DNA of 64,000 bases, taken from contig NC_092379.1 of NCBI RefSeq assembly GCF_030028105.1, positions 26,715,821-26,779,820 of the forward strand. Direction: 5' to 3'. The notes below the pieces were generated by a model. The model searched no databases and was not told the DNA's origin. It saw only the letters and a program-made list of their open reading frames with translations. The position numbers and the translations under genes are program-made. This document shows positions 22,389 through 35,228 of the stretch, piece by piece (position 1 is the stretch's first letter; each line of letters starts with the position of its first letter). Origin of the DNA: Mobula birostris (taxonomy: Eukaryota).

Positions 22389-25300
22389 TGTGACGGGGTC
22401 CTGAGCCATCCCTATGAACTGTGCTTTCCAAAAGGGAGAGACAAAGAGTTATTTAACATCGATATTTTGTTTTGAAAAGAAAGAGAGAGAGGTGAAGACT
22501 AACTGTTGGGCTGTCATTTTAAGGCACGAGAAAGAGCTGGTGAACTTTTGGATTTCTGCTGAGTGGAGACAACACTGAGGAGCTCGAAAGTTGCTATGGT
22601 AACCGAAGACAGGTTGTTGATACTTCTCAAGGACAGTTCGCCTGCTTGTGCATTTCTTCACAAAGATGAAGGAGGAGTTATTTGAATGACCGTTGATGCT
22701 CAGCACGGGAAGATCAAATATGAGGTCAGATGATAGACCACAAACACATGTTCAGGACACTGAATGAGCAATGTTGTGCCCGCAGGAAAAGTGGGTTTTG
22801 GAAAAACGGTCAGGCGGATCGATCCATCGCTCTTGCACGGAAAACAGGAAAGGGTTTCACTGGTGGGGAGTTCTCCAGGTTTTCATCGTCGCCGGTGGGG
22901 GGGGGGGTGTTGCTCCACAACAGAAAACGGGTTCTCTTTGTTAATGTCACAGTCGGTGACTTTTATAGGACTTCGAAGGACAACGAGAAAATCGATGGAG
23001 TTAGCTCATCTCAAATCTCTCACTTTCTCTCTCCATCACTACCCAACTCAATACCAGGAACTGAATTGAACTGAACTTTACTCACTATCGTAAGACTGTA
23101 TCTTTTTACCCCTAGACTTAAAGAAGTTTGGTTTTTCATACATATATTTCCACTCTTACTGATGTACTTACTTATATGTATAATCATTGCTAACCTGTTT
23201 GATTTATCTACACCTAGATTATTGTATTGCGTAGTTACTAATAAATATTAGTAATTTATAGCAATACTGGATTCCAAAGTATTTTCCATCTCTGCTGATT
23301 CTTTATTCCCGGCACGGTTCCCTCACAAAATTTGGGCTTGCGTCCGTGATATGAACAAATTGGTTGGGAGGCTTGTTTGAATTGATTGAGGAAAATCCAT
23401 TCTGATTCGGTTGTGTGGAAATACAGCAGAAATGGATGTTAGTGTTGAGGAGTTTATGTTGGAACCAACGCCCGAAACGTTGGATGATGCTACGAGGGTT
23501 GTGCTGTTGAGAATTGCTCGAAAGTTAAACCTAAAGGTGACCACTATAATGAGTAAAGCTCAGATGCGGAAGATAATAGCCCAGCATTATATAGATTAGG
23601 GAACGTTTGATGAGAAGGCGTTAGAGTTGTTTGTGGAAGATAACCTATTGAGGATGAGCTTCAGCTTCAGTTGGGAATGTTAAGAATGGGTCATGAATTG
23701 AAATTAAAGCAGCTGAAGAGAGAGGCTAGAGACGCAGCAGAGCGGAATCAAGAGGCAGCAAGTCAGAGAGAAGAGGCAGAAAGATAGGGACAGCTCGAGA
23801 GTGAGAAATGGCAACGTGAAGATTACTTGGCAGACACGCAGAGGCGGTTTGAGCTGGAAAAGGTAGAGAGGTTGCAGCCAAGAGATTGAGAGTCGGACCC
23901 TGATGATTTTTTACAGCTCGGAAGGGCATGTTTTGTGAGACAAATTGAAAAGCTGTGTTCTTGCTGATGTAAGGGCATACCCAGATGCAGAGGATGCCGC
24001 TACCCTGCAGTGGTTTGATAACAAAGCAGACGAAGAAGTTTTAACCCACGAGGTGGACTTTGCCAGAGAATAGCTGGGAGGTTCAGGGAGACCTTGAATT
24101 TGAAACTGAGACAAGTGATGTCAGCCCAGAAGATGCAGCTGTCCTGATTGAATGTAATCAGGTTGTTGAACGACCTGTAAATTCAAAGGATTCTGACCCT
24201 TAAGTTAAATCTCAGTTAAAGTCTGAAGTGTCTGACTTGGTTGAAAAGGAATGCAGATTTTTTTTTTTCTTTTTGTATCAGATGATCTTGGTTCAGTGAA
24301 TAAGGGGTTAAGCTTTGTACCAGTGGAATGTGAGGATTCTCAGTCACTTGTAGTAGTCCATGTTTTAAAAGTTGGTGAAGAGGTGGAAATGGATGAAGTC
24401 AGTTATTCCAAAAATAATGGGAAAAGTGCTGTCCCTGGACTTTTGGATAAAGTGCTGGACAAGGTTGAATTGGTTGCGTGACCTTTGACCCTGCTTGTAG
24501 GACAACGACCTGCTGAGAAAGCATGCGCTACTCTGTTTAATTTTGTTTGCCCATTTGGACACCTGAAAGGTTATGTTGTTGTGAAGAAGGAAATCTGTTA
24601 TGATTTTGGGGTAATTTTTTTTTTTAAGCAAGTCGAAGTGAAGGTCACAATCAGATGGGTGTGTTGTTTGGTCTCTTCCATAATATATACATGGTTCTCA
24701 TAAGCCCGATAATGGTGCTGAGTTTAGTAAACAATGGAGGCATGTTGACACCTCTCCATGATAAGAGTGTTTCAGAAATTCCACTGAAGAGCAAAGCTGC
24801 TGTTGAGGCCGAGGGTAGCAAAACCAGAGCGTTAGCGTATGATGCCGTGACACAGACTTTTCCACCATCCAGATTTCAGCAGGACTTATAGGGTAGTAAG
24901 GCGGAGAACAGTAAGTTGTATGAGCAAGGTTTGCCTTTTTTGAGGAAGGAATTTATAGGGGACAGAAGCGAGAATCTCGAATGGTGGCATTAATAGAGAT
25001 AGCTCTTAGAGGAGAGGAGGTTCAGAGAGAGTCAGTGGGACATTACCTCAAAGATGCGGTGTTGATGAGGAGGTGGAGGCCAGCCACAGTGCCTGCACGT
25101 CACGTGGTGGTCCAGAAAGTGTACGGGCCTGAATATTTTAAATATGGCCTACAGTATGCCTTTAGGTGGACCTCATGGAGTGAGAAAGGCAGTGAACAGG
25201 ATTAGGAAGGAATCTTACTGGCCCAATTTAAGGAAGGATGTTGTGAATTTTTACAGGATTTGCCTAACCTGTCAAGTTGAGGGGAAACCTAATCAAGTTA

Positions 25301-27673
25301 TTCAGGTAAACAGGACTTAAACCGATATCAGCTTTTAGATGACTTTTTTCCTAGGGTCATAGTGGAATGTGTAGCCCCATTGCAGAAGAACCTTTGACCC
25401 TACTCAGAGGACTACGGTCTGATTCAGAAAAAAATGTGTCAGTGTGTTTCAGTGTGTATTAAAATTTTGGGAAATATTTAGTAAGCTTTGGGTCCTTGCA
25501 AAGGAAAGTTTACAAGATGGTTGAATCAAAATAAAACACTAGTTTGCTAGCATTTCACCCTGGAGAATTGTTATTGAACAAGATGGAGTCGTGGAATCTG
25601 ATAATGGAGTGGAAAAAACATGTTTACCCACGGAATCTAGTCTCCCCAAAATGTCAGAATTCCATTGTTTCGAAACATATTACTGATAAGGTCCAGCAAC
25701 TGGACCCTGAACCGCAAAAAACAAGTGAAAGAATTAATTGACCTTTTGAATAGGTGCACAGGTGCAGTGCATCACGTCATTATAAATTCTGTCCAGCCCA
25801 TGAAACAGCATCCTCACGGAGAGAACTATGAGGAAAGTAAAATGGTGGAAGAAGAAATTAGAAACAAGGAAGAACAGGGAAAGAGAACGGATGATTGCAC
25901 TGATGAAGTGGGGAAGGATAACTACTTTATTAAGATTAACTTATTACAAGGATACTGGGGTGTTCCTTTAACGGAGGGAGTTAAAGAGATGTCAGAACTT
26001 GTGACACCATATAGACTGTATGAATACAATGTTTTACATTTCGTGATGAAAACTGCTTCAGGGACATTTCAAAAATGGTCAGTTCTGTGATTGGAGGGTT
26101 GGAAAGCACAGGGCTTTATATGAATGATTTAGTCGTCTGGAATGACACGTGGGAAGAACAGATTGCATTCTGTGCTCAAAGCAGCTGTTTTGTTGTTGTT
26201 TTTTTTTTTCAAAACCTTTCTCGATAGCAACAGTCGCAAGCGACGAAGCTGTTGGGGCAGTACTGTTATAGGAAGGAGTGAATGGCATTCAGAATCCAGT
26301 AGCTTCAATCTCAAAGTACTTTAATGTGCACCAGGAAAATTATTGAACTGTTGGAAAGGATTTGCTAGCACTTATTCTGGCTTTACAACATTTTGATGCC
26401 TATGATCAAAGACCTCAAAATCTCTCTGTTGTCCAGAGACCACTTGTGATTTACACATATCATAATCCAGTGATATTTCTAACTAAGATGAAGGATAAAA
26501 ATAGATGGTTGTTAAATTGGAGTCGGATATCTGAAAGGTACTGACAATATTATAGCTGATTAGTTATCCAGATATTAAGTTGGACATCTTACACATTTTT
26601 GTTCAGTCATCTGTTGATTTTACCTCCATTGTTTCAAACTCTGTAATTTACATTTAGACAAAAAAAAAATCGTCTTCGTCATTTTTTCCCGTGAGGAAGG
26701 GGTGTGTGACGTGGTCCTGAGATACTCCTGTGAAATGTGCTTTCAAAAGGAGAGATAGGGATTTTTTTTTTTTACATCGATCTCTTGTTTTGAAGAGAGA
26801 AAGCGAGAGAGAGAGACAGACTCAGAGAGAGCGACGAGACTAACTGTTGGACTGACACTTTAAGACACAAGAAAGAACTGGTTAACTTTTCGATTTCTGC
26901 TGAGTTGGAGATTGCACCGAGCAGCTCGAAAGTTGCTACGGTGACCGAAGACAGGTTGCTGATACTTTTCAAGGCCAGTTCGCCTGCTTGTGTATTTCTT
27001 CACAGTCAGAGGAAGGAGGAGTTATTTGTGTGACAGTTGATGCTCAGCACGGGAAGATAAAAACGGAGGTCAGATGATAGACCTCAGATACATGTGCTGG
27101 AGATTGTGGAGACTAAATGAGAATTGTTGTGCCCGCAGGAAAAGTGGGTTTTGGAGGATCGATCAGGCGGATCGATCCATCGTTCTTGCAATAACAACAG
27201 GAAAGGGGTTGACTGGTGGGGAGTTGTCCTTGTGTTCACCATCGCCTGGGAGATAGCTCCAGAACAGAAAACCGGTTCTCTTTGTTAATGTCAAAGTCGG
27301 TGATTTTTAAAGGATTTCGAACGACAACGAGAACATTGATGGCGTGAGCTCACCTCAAATCTTTCACTTTCTCTGTCCATCACTACTCACTCAATACCAC
27401 GAACTGAACTGAACTGAACTTTACTCATCATCGTAAGACTGTATCTTTTTACCCCTAGACTTAAGGAAGCTTGGTATTTCATACATATATTTTCACATTT
27501 ACTGATAAACTAACTTATATATGTATAATCATTGCTAACCTGTGTGATTTATCTACATTTATATTACTGTATTGCGTAGTTAAGAAAATATATTAGTAGT
27601 TTATAGCAATACTGGACTCCAAAGTGTTTTCCATCTCTGCTGGTTCGTTATTCCCGTCATGGGGTTCGTGGTA
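22389..27673 (+). mobile_element. Nested Gmr1-type LTR retrotransposon with TCAT target-site duplication
   Basis: LTRs 22389-23327 and 26705-27673; PBS-like 23331-23350; PPT GAGGAAGGGG 26693-26702. gag (MDVSVEEFMLEPT), INT zinc finger (YWPNLRKDV) before RT (LLQGYWGVPLT) and RH (LALILALQHFD). TCAT at 22385-22388 and 27674-27677. Confidence 0.9.
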
Positions 27674-30532
27674 TCATGTAGTTATTTTATGTCTGCGTTG
27701 CTCCAGCAGATAATTTATAAACTGGGAGGCAAAGCGATTACCTCCTCTGCATACCCTGCAGAATTGCAAGGAGCCTTGGAGGGGTACCATTCTACACTCA
27801 AAGCCATGATTATGACGTATTGTGTGGGGAATGAGAAAAAAAAAGATTGCATTGTGGGTGAACATTTACACTTATCTGCAGTCAGGGAGTCTGTGCAGGA
27901 ATCCTTAGGTTTTAATCCTTTTGAACTTGTGATTGGCAATAGAGTGGGAGGACCTTTGGCCTTGATAAAAGAGCAGTGGATTAATAAAGAGGTACATAGT
28001 GATGTGCCGATAATGTTTTGAAATTTTAGGAAAGGTTGCATAAAGCTTGCAACATAGCCAGGGGAAAAAAAAATAATAATTGGCTAAGGGGGAAATGAAA
28101 ACTTGGTATGATAAGGAAGCTAAAATTAGGTCACTTACGCCTGGAGATGAGGTGTTGGTTCTTTTCCCGCTGAAAGGAACTCTTAACAAGCGAAATTTCA
28201 TGGTCCTTATGAGATTATATCTAAAGATAATGATGTAGACTATGTCATTAAAAACTCGAAGTCGTGAAAGGCAAAACAGCTTTGTCATATAAATAAGATA
28301 TATCCTTATTATGAGAAACAGCCCGCTACTATGACTATTCTGGTCAATAATAGTGTGTCGGATCCCATTGGGAACTTAATGGATGATTCATCGGAAACTC
28401 ATTTTAAACCCAACATTATTTCTGCCAGATTACCGGACTCAACAAATCTGGAAAATATTGATGAAAAATTAGCTTATTTACAGCCAGACTAGAGGCAGTA
28501 GATGAAGCAGTTATTTTTTGAACAAAGGGATTTATTTCCAGATGTTTCTATAAGAATCACATTAGCTTCACGTCATGTAGATGTTGGAAATACTAAAACC
28601 ATATAGCAACATCTATATCGGCTAAACATGGAAAAATGTGAACTTGCTGAACAAGAAATTAAGTATATGTCAGAAAATAACATTATTAGACATTCTAATT
28701 CGAATTGGGGTTCACCTTGTTTTATGGTACCTAAGACAGGCGGTAGTATTCGGTTTTGTATTGATTACAGGAATGTGAATGATGTAACAAAAACAGAGGC
28801 GTATCTAATCCCTAGAGTGGATGATTGTGTGGACAAAGCTGGACAAGCAAAGTTCCATACAAAGATTGATTTGTTAAAAAGTCATTGGTGTGTTCCATTG
28901 ACGGATAGAGGTAGAATGATTTCTGCATTTGTAACCACACCTCGGTTCTAGGAAAATAATGTTCTTCCCTTTGGAATGAAGAATGCACCAGGTACTTTCC
29001 AGCGGATGATTAATTCTGTGATTCAAGGATTAAAAGATACAGATGTTTATGTTGATAATTTAGTTACAGGATATGATACTTGGAAGCACGTAACACTGCG
29101 GTGGAGAAATTATTTGAAAGGCTTTCAAAACTTAACTTAAGTTTTCGCTTAGGTAAACGTGAATTTGGTCATGCCACTGTGACCTTCGTTGATTACGTTG
29201 TGGGTCAAGGTAAATTAGCTCCTGTTCAGGCAAAAGCTCAGGCAATTTTTGAGGTGCCCACTCCATCTGTTAAAAGGTCTCTGAGAAGATTCTTGGGAAT
29301 GGTAGGATATTACGGAAACATTTGTAAGAGCTTTGCTGACATTGACTTTTCATTGACTGATTCCCTGAAGAAAAGTGAAAAGTTTGATTGGACAGATCCT
29401 TGTCTGGAGGCTTTTGATAAATCGAAAACTACGTAATGTCGTCAACCTGTACTTCGAACACCTGACTTTGAAAACCCATTCTCATTGTCTCTAGATGCTG
29501 GTGATGAGGCTGCAGGAGCAATGTTATTCAAATGGATGATGGTAATGACGTTGATCGTCCAGTAGCTTACTTTTCTATGACATTTAATGAACACTAAAGA
29601 AATTATTCAATCATAGAAAAATAATTATTATCTCTTGTTTTGGCTTGGCAACGTTTTGAAAGGCATGTTGGTACAACTCACAAACTACTCATAGTTTACA
29701 CCGATCATAATCTATTAGTGTTTTTGAGTTAGATTAAAAACAAAAATAGAAGGTTACTGAATTCGAGTTTGATGTTACAAGAGTATAGTATTTGTATAAC
29801 TCATATTAAAATAAAGATAATGTGATTGCTGACTAATATCTAGATGTTTAGTGTACAATATCATTTTATAGAGTAGTATTTTAACATTTATAACACTTCT
29901 ACTGTATATTAATCTGTAAGTTGCTGTATGATAATACTCTGTATATTGTGTATTTTGTAAATTTTATAAAGTTGCTTTTTTTTGTAAATAGTTGTTAAAA
30001 TATTGCTCATAACAGAACATTTTTTTTCACTTTTTGTAGGAAGATCTTACAAACCTCGTGGGCATCTTTTGACTGACTGATATATAATGTAATTGAGTAT
30101 CTTGCGAGCATGTTGTAATTGTCTTGTGATGGTGGGGCGACGTAATTTTCCCGCCAGTGTAAGGTCACATGATGTAATTTTCCCGCCGGTGTAAGATCAT
30201 GTAACGGCATGTTCCAACAGGTATATAAAGGGAAAACCCTGTTGTCACGCAGTTAGTAGTTAGTTCGTCAGTCAGTTCGTTAGTTATGCTGCGTCTTCAT
30301 CTCCTGACGCAGTTTCATTTTAAAGTGAAGTTTTACTTTCTATTTTAAGGTAAAAACGTTGCACCGGCAATTTCGTCAATCATTGCCTGTGTTTGTATGT
30401 TTCACCTTTGTTTTAACTTTACAGTCTAGTATTGGAGAGTGAAGACCTTAACAATGTACGGGAACCCGAAGTATTGAGAAATGTTGATGTCGTAAGGAAG
30501 TTTTGTAGAGTATCGACCTCATTGAATCTTCA

Positions 30533-30994
30533 TTCCTAAACACTCCTCAAAATCCAGAATGTACTACCTCAAGAGTATTAAGCTGAAAATATTGCCATGG
30601 CCCTCACAGTCCCCCGACCTGAACATCATCGAAAATGTGTGGATAGACCTCAAAAGAGCATTCATGCAAGACGGCCAAATGATCTCACAGAACTAGAAGC
30701 TTTTGGCAAGGAAGAATGGGCGAAAATCCCCCAAACAAGAATTGAAGGTCTCTTATCTGGCGACAGAAAGCGTTTAGAGGCTGTGATACTTGCCAAAGGG
30801 GTTGTTTCTAAGTACTGACCATACAGGGTGTCCAATCTTTTTTTCGGTCCCTTTTCCTTTTTTAGGTTATTTTGAATCTGTAAACTGTCATCTTTAACTT
30901 TATGCCTTAGGGAAATCAGGTCATATTTTACTCTCTTAGCTATTCACAGTAACAGAAATTTTGACCGGGGCGCCCAAACTTTCGCCTGCTACTA
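30533..30994 (+). mobile_element. Tc1/mariner transposon 3' part
   Basis: PKHSSKS..WPSQSPDLNIIENVW..LTELEAFGKEEWAKIP..RLEAVILAKG..KY*, followed by a terminal repeat GGCGCCCAAACTTT..ACT and TA. Confidence 0.88.
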
Positions 30995-31244
30995 TATATT
31001 TAGCGTGCACTTTTCTCGGCTGATCCATAAAAAAAGAGAAAAAAATCAACTCCAGCAAAGTACTTTTGCAGATGAAACATGTTACTTAATTAGCCTGTCG
31101 CTGATAAATTTATTTTATCATATTAAGCAAGATTGTTTTACTTTTTTTTTCGATTGTAGAGATACAGCCCAGAGTCGGGCCGAAATGACCCTTGAGCTCT
31201 GCCGCCCCTGCAACCACGGCAAAACTGATAATGTTTAGCTAATG

Positions 31245-31450
31245 ACGGATCAATATACATATTATAGTTAACCTACCCCGTACATCTTTGGACTGTTAAA
31301 GAAACCTGCATATCCGGGGAAATCCCAGCTATTCCAAGGTGAAGACGTAAGGACTCTCTTTACAACACAGTACTGGAACTGAACTAAGAACTCCGAAATG
31401 ACCCGAATTACAGTAGAGCTGGACGAATCACGAGCCTCAGTGGCGATTAT
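31245..31450 (-). mobile_element. Decayed tRNA-derived SINE
   Basis: TTAACCTACCCCGTACATCTTTGGACTG..GAAACC..GGAAATCCCA pattern resembling shark/ray SINE bodies in antisense. Confidence 0.5.
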
Positions 31451-31734
31451 GTCGACAGACTGATAGAACGGAAGTGCTAGACAGGAAAAAGAAACTTTAT
31501 TAAAGGAGAGAACGAGGAAACAGACAGGAAAACACACTCTGTAGGGGTAAGGAGTCAGTTTAGGGTCATATTGATAGGAAACTTTCCAACAGAGAACGTC
31601 TATAGTGAGAAATTAATATGTGCAAAGACTGTCGGAGTAGCAGGAACAAAGGGGAAAAAAGAGATCACGGTGAGCATGGGAGGTGATAATACAGTAATAA
31701 CACACAAAAGGACAAAGAGGAGTACATAAGGCGA

Positions 31735-31750
31735 GAGAGAGAGACAGCGA

Positions 31751-31798
<48 letters not shown>

Positions 31799-31803
31799 GA
31801 GAG
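31735..31803. repeat. (GA)n microsatellite
   Basis: Direct reading. Confidence 0.9.
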
Positions 31804-32336
31804 CGGGGGAGGGGCGGAAAGAAAGAGACAGCGTATAACAAAATACGAGAACATACATTTAATTACATATCATATGTACCGGAGGTTTCATGCCCTCCTG
31901 ATTTCTCGAAGATTCCAGTGTATCTTTTTCAGCGAACAGTGAGAAGCCTATCCACCGCAATAGGTTGGGTCAGTCACCTTGCGGCTAAATTAATGGTTGA
32001 CAGATAGACAGCATTGAAAATCACATTGTCAAAAGGTCATACTACATTCCTTTCAACATCCTGGGATATGTCCGAAATATTTGCTGCCAAATGTCCAATA
32101 TTGTGCAAAATGCCTGGACAGTTCTTACTCTGAAACGTAGAAATTTCGAAGGTTTACATGTAAATATTTCCTGGGCCCCTCTGTCTGTCATAGTGCGCCG
32201 TAGACCTGCACGACATCACACTCAACTTATTCTGTCAGGTAGGAGCTAATGCTTCCCTGTGAGTTGCTAAGGTCAATTAGTACTAAAATATCAAAGTGAT
32301 AGCTAATTTAGCAATGGCACAATGTGAGCATACTCC

Positions 32337-32471
32337 NNNNNNNNNNNNNNNNNNNNNNNNNNNNNNNNNNNNNNNNNNNNNNNNNNNNNNNNNNNNNNNN
32401 NNNNNNNNNNNNNNNNNNNNNNNNNNNNNNNNNNNNNNNNNNNNNNNNNNNNNNNNNNNNNNNNNNNNNNN
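32337..32471. other. Assembly gap (135 N)
   Basis: Run of N. Confidence 1.
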
Positions 32472-32652
32472 ACAGAGACAGGCGCCGATGCGAAAAGATG
32501 ATGGAGCAATTGAAAGTGCGAAAGGATAGATACATAGACAGGGATAGTCATATACTATAATACTGGACGATACTCTATCGTACAGAAGTGTTGTTCCTCA
32601 GTGACGTGATCAATTTATTTTAACAGTGTTTGTACATTCGGAAAGACCCGAG

Positions 32653-33034
32653 ATATGCGCTCTCTAACATACGTCTCACGAATCGACCTCCGTCTGAGAT
32701 TTCCCCTTGTAGTTATCGATGTTCTGCTGAAAGTCAGCAAAAAGTTTTCTTTAGAATTCCCACCGTACGGCTCTTTGGCCTGTCGATCAACTGTGCCATG
32801 TAAAAAAAAAAAAAAGTCATTCCAAGAACTGCAGTCTATGTCGTCAGAGGGCTGTCTCGGTCCGGGAACCGAACAACGGAGAAAAGGAAACTTAGTCACG
32901 TATTCAGAAGTTTCCCATTTTCTTGAGGTGGTCGCTATCATGCTTAAGCCAACGTTTAAATTTTCAGATACGACGTTGACAAAGCTGTTTATATGCTCAC
33001 TTCAGTCAAAAGCCATTTCTCCGATAATCAACAT
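32653..33034 (-). pseudogene. Possible very decayed V relic, head-to-head with the 33.8-kb V
   Basis: 34-nt phase-1 leader-like exon + GTGAGC donor (33000); IDCSS, ADF, EVDS*DVC; heptamer-like CGCATAT (32659-32653). Spacings shorter than a normal V. Confidence 0.3.
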
Positions 33035-33409
33035 TTTTTTTTTTTTACTTTCGCATTCTGTGTCTGCTTCTAACCAGTAAAGCGTCACTACATGATGTTT
33101 GGCACCAGCACAATATTTCGTCGTCTTTCTCTTGTTTACCACGCGTAATTCCTTCTTTTTCTTATACCTCTTACAGTGTTTGTTTTACGAATCCGGAGCT
33201 GATGTGTTCGCTTTTCTTATTGTCTATATCGATGAATCCATGTAATGGAATGCCAAAGTTATCTATGCCTCAATCCAAAGATGCATTCTACGCTGCCAAT
33301 CATTTTTAGCAATGCTGCTACTTATTATTTTCCATTTTTCCTGCACTTCCAGCGGGGTGCGTTCCAGCGCTTTACAGTCTTCCTGTCCGTCTATCTATCA
33401 GTCTCCCTT

Positions 33410-33418
33410 TCTCTCTCC

Positions 33419-33468
<50 letters not shown>
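33410..33468. repeat. (CT)n(CA)n compound microsatellite
   Basis: Direct reading. Confidence 0.9.
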
Positions 33469-33470
<2 letters not shown>

Positions 33471-33808
33471 GCTATCCCTACTCTGTATCCTTCATTCTCT
33501 CTCAATTTTCTTAACAAAATCTCTTCTTTATGTACCGGGTTCGCCAGTCTTTTCGTGTCCCTCGGTCAATGGCGGGTTTCTCGTGGAGTAAAAAGAGATT
33601 GTGACGCTTTTTCCTTGAGGTACGTGGACCTTGAGGCATCTGGGGCAATAGGCGGAGCATCTATCAGGACTAGTTCCCACTGGTGTTTTTCATTTCCTGC
33701 TCATTATATCAAACGCACATCTACTTAAACTGTAAAATCGGAATTTTCTGACTTCTGGCGACAACTTGTTCAGGAGAAAATCACTTAACGCATCCTTAAT
33801 GAAAAACG

Positions 33809-34254
33809 ATGTGGAGATTGGTCATCTGCATTGTGTATGGCGCCTCGTTAACTGGTGTGTACGCAGCTGAAAACTTATAAGCCTTCTCGAAACTCAATTC
33901 TGAAAATAAAAATTAACATTTCATTTCTTCACATTATTTTTTTTTAGATACGAGTCATGGAAACTCTGTCACTCCGGCAATGACACCAGCAGTGAAGACC
34001 GAAGATGAGTCTGTGACTTTAAGTTGCACCTATGATGCTGCACGGTGCAGCTATGCTTTATATTGGTACTGACAAAGACCAGACCAGAGTCTCGAATACA
34101 TACTGTACAAAACATCTAGTGGATATGAATATAAAGCCGATTTTGCCAAAAATCGCTTCACTATGTATCTGGAAAAGGGAAGAAAAATAATTTGTGTCAC
34201 AATCGCAAAGCTGCAAATGAGCGACTCTGTAGTTTATTATTGCGCCCTACGCCG
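33809..34254 (+). pseudogene. TRAV: TCR alpha/delta V segment with a single nonsense codon
   Basis: Leader 33809-33854 (MWRLVICIVYGASLT), GT-AG intron of 93 nt, exon 33948-34254: DTSHGNSVTPAMTPAVKTEDESVTLSCTYDAARCSYALYWY*QRPDQSLEYILYKTSSGYEYKADFAKNRFTMYLEKGRKIICVTIAKLQMSDSVVYYCALRR. TGA at 34070-34072. Not in the ORF track. Confidence 0.92.
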
Positions 34255-34293
34255 CACAGCGAGATATTCTAGTTAAATCATCGGACGCAATAT
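34255..34293 (+). other. 23-RSS
   Basis: CACAGCG + 23 nt + ACGCAATAT (weak nonamer). Confidence 0.8.
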
Positions 34294-34614
34294 CAGTTAC
34301 TGTAGAATCCATGCTTTCAGCGCTGCAGCTGGATGTGTCTCTACACTGCTTTTCTGATTGTGGTTTCCCGCCACCAAGACTAGCTGCTGAAGTTTTCCTC
34401 GCCTTCGTCTGTGAATATTCCGTTCTTTTTCAAACGCCCCGTTCTTTCCAAAGTCGCAGTTAGATGTATAGCCTCTACTATCTCATTTTTTCTGTGTCTG
34501 AAATATACCTTAACATGGCAAGACAAATATCAGCAATGGCATGCAAAGCAGAAGCAGTCTTCAGTGTGTGTGTAGCTGTGCATGGGTGTTTCCGTTTGTG
34601 TGGGTGTATCAGCA

Positions 34615-34618
<4 letters not shown>

Positions 34619-34686
<68 letters not shown>
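34619..34686. repeat. (GA)n microsatellite, followed by CT-rich tract to ~34990
   Basis: Direct reading. Confidence 0.95.
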
Positions 34687-34689
<3 letters not shown>

Positions 34690-35228
34690 CGAAGATGCGT
34701 ATACTTATTTGGGAGAGTATGGAATCTAATTTGATGATTCTTTTCCAAGTAGAGCATCCATTGATACTTTGGTACAGAGATAATTGTCAGTCTGGCGCTG
34801 TTGATCTCTCTTTTTTCTCTTCTCTCTCTGTCTGTTGATCTCTCTCTCTCTCTTTCACTCTCTCTATCAGTTGCTCTCCCTATCTCTGTGTTGTTCCATC
34901 CTTCTGTTGTCCTCTCTCTCTGTTCATCTCTATGTCTCTCTCTCTACTGTCTCTCTCTCTCTGTTCTTTCTCTATCTCTTTCGCTTCTTTCTACCCCGCT
35001 ATAAATTAATCTCTATCTCACCCCAGCAACCTCAGTATTTTCAGCCGCCAATCTCACGTAACTTTCGTCCAAACACTGAGCTTTCTCTCTCGGTGTCTCT
35101 CCTTACTGAGCTCCTGCCACGTGCTCTATGGCGACGAATTATGGAGCCTGGAAATCTCGATCTCGAAGCTATCTCGCCTCCGTTCTCGTGGTTCTGCGTC
35201 AAATCGTTCTGGAGCGGGGTGAATAGTT

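Larger units (their letters stand above)
19426..30535 (+). mobile_element. Gmr1-type Gypsy element (gag-INT-RT-RH order), outer element, decayed
   Basis: LTR pair 19426-~19958 and 30045-~30535. SCAN-like gag (WPVRLQSV..DYDTVK..YELVLEAYKERFR). Integrase (22308-22388 and 27678-28300) lies upstream of RT (SNWGSPC, IRFCIDYR, YVDN; 28560-29150) and RNase H. Confidence 0.88.
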
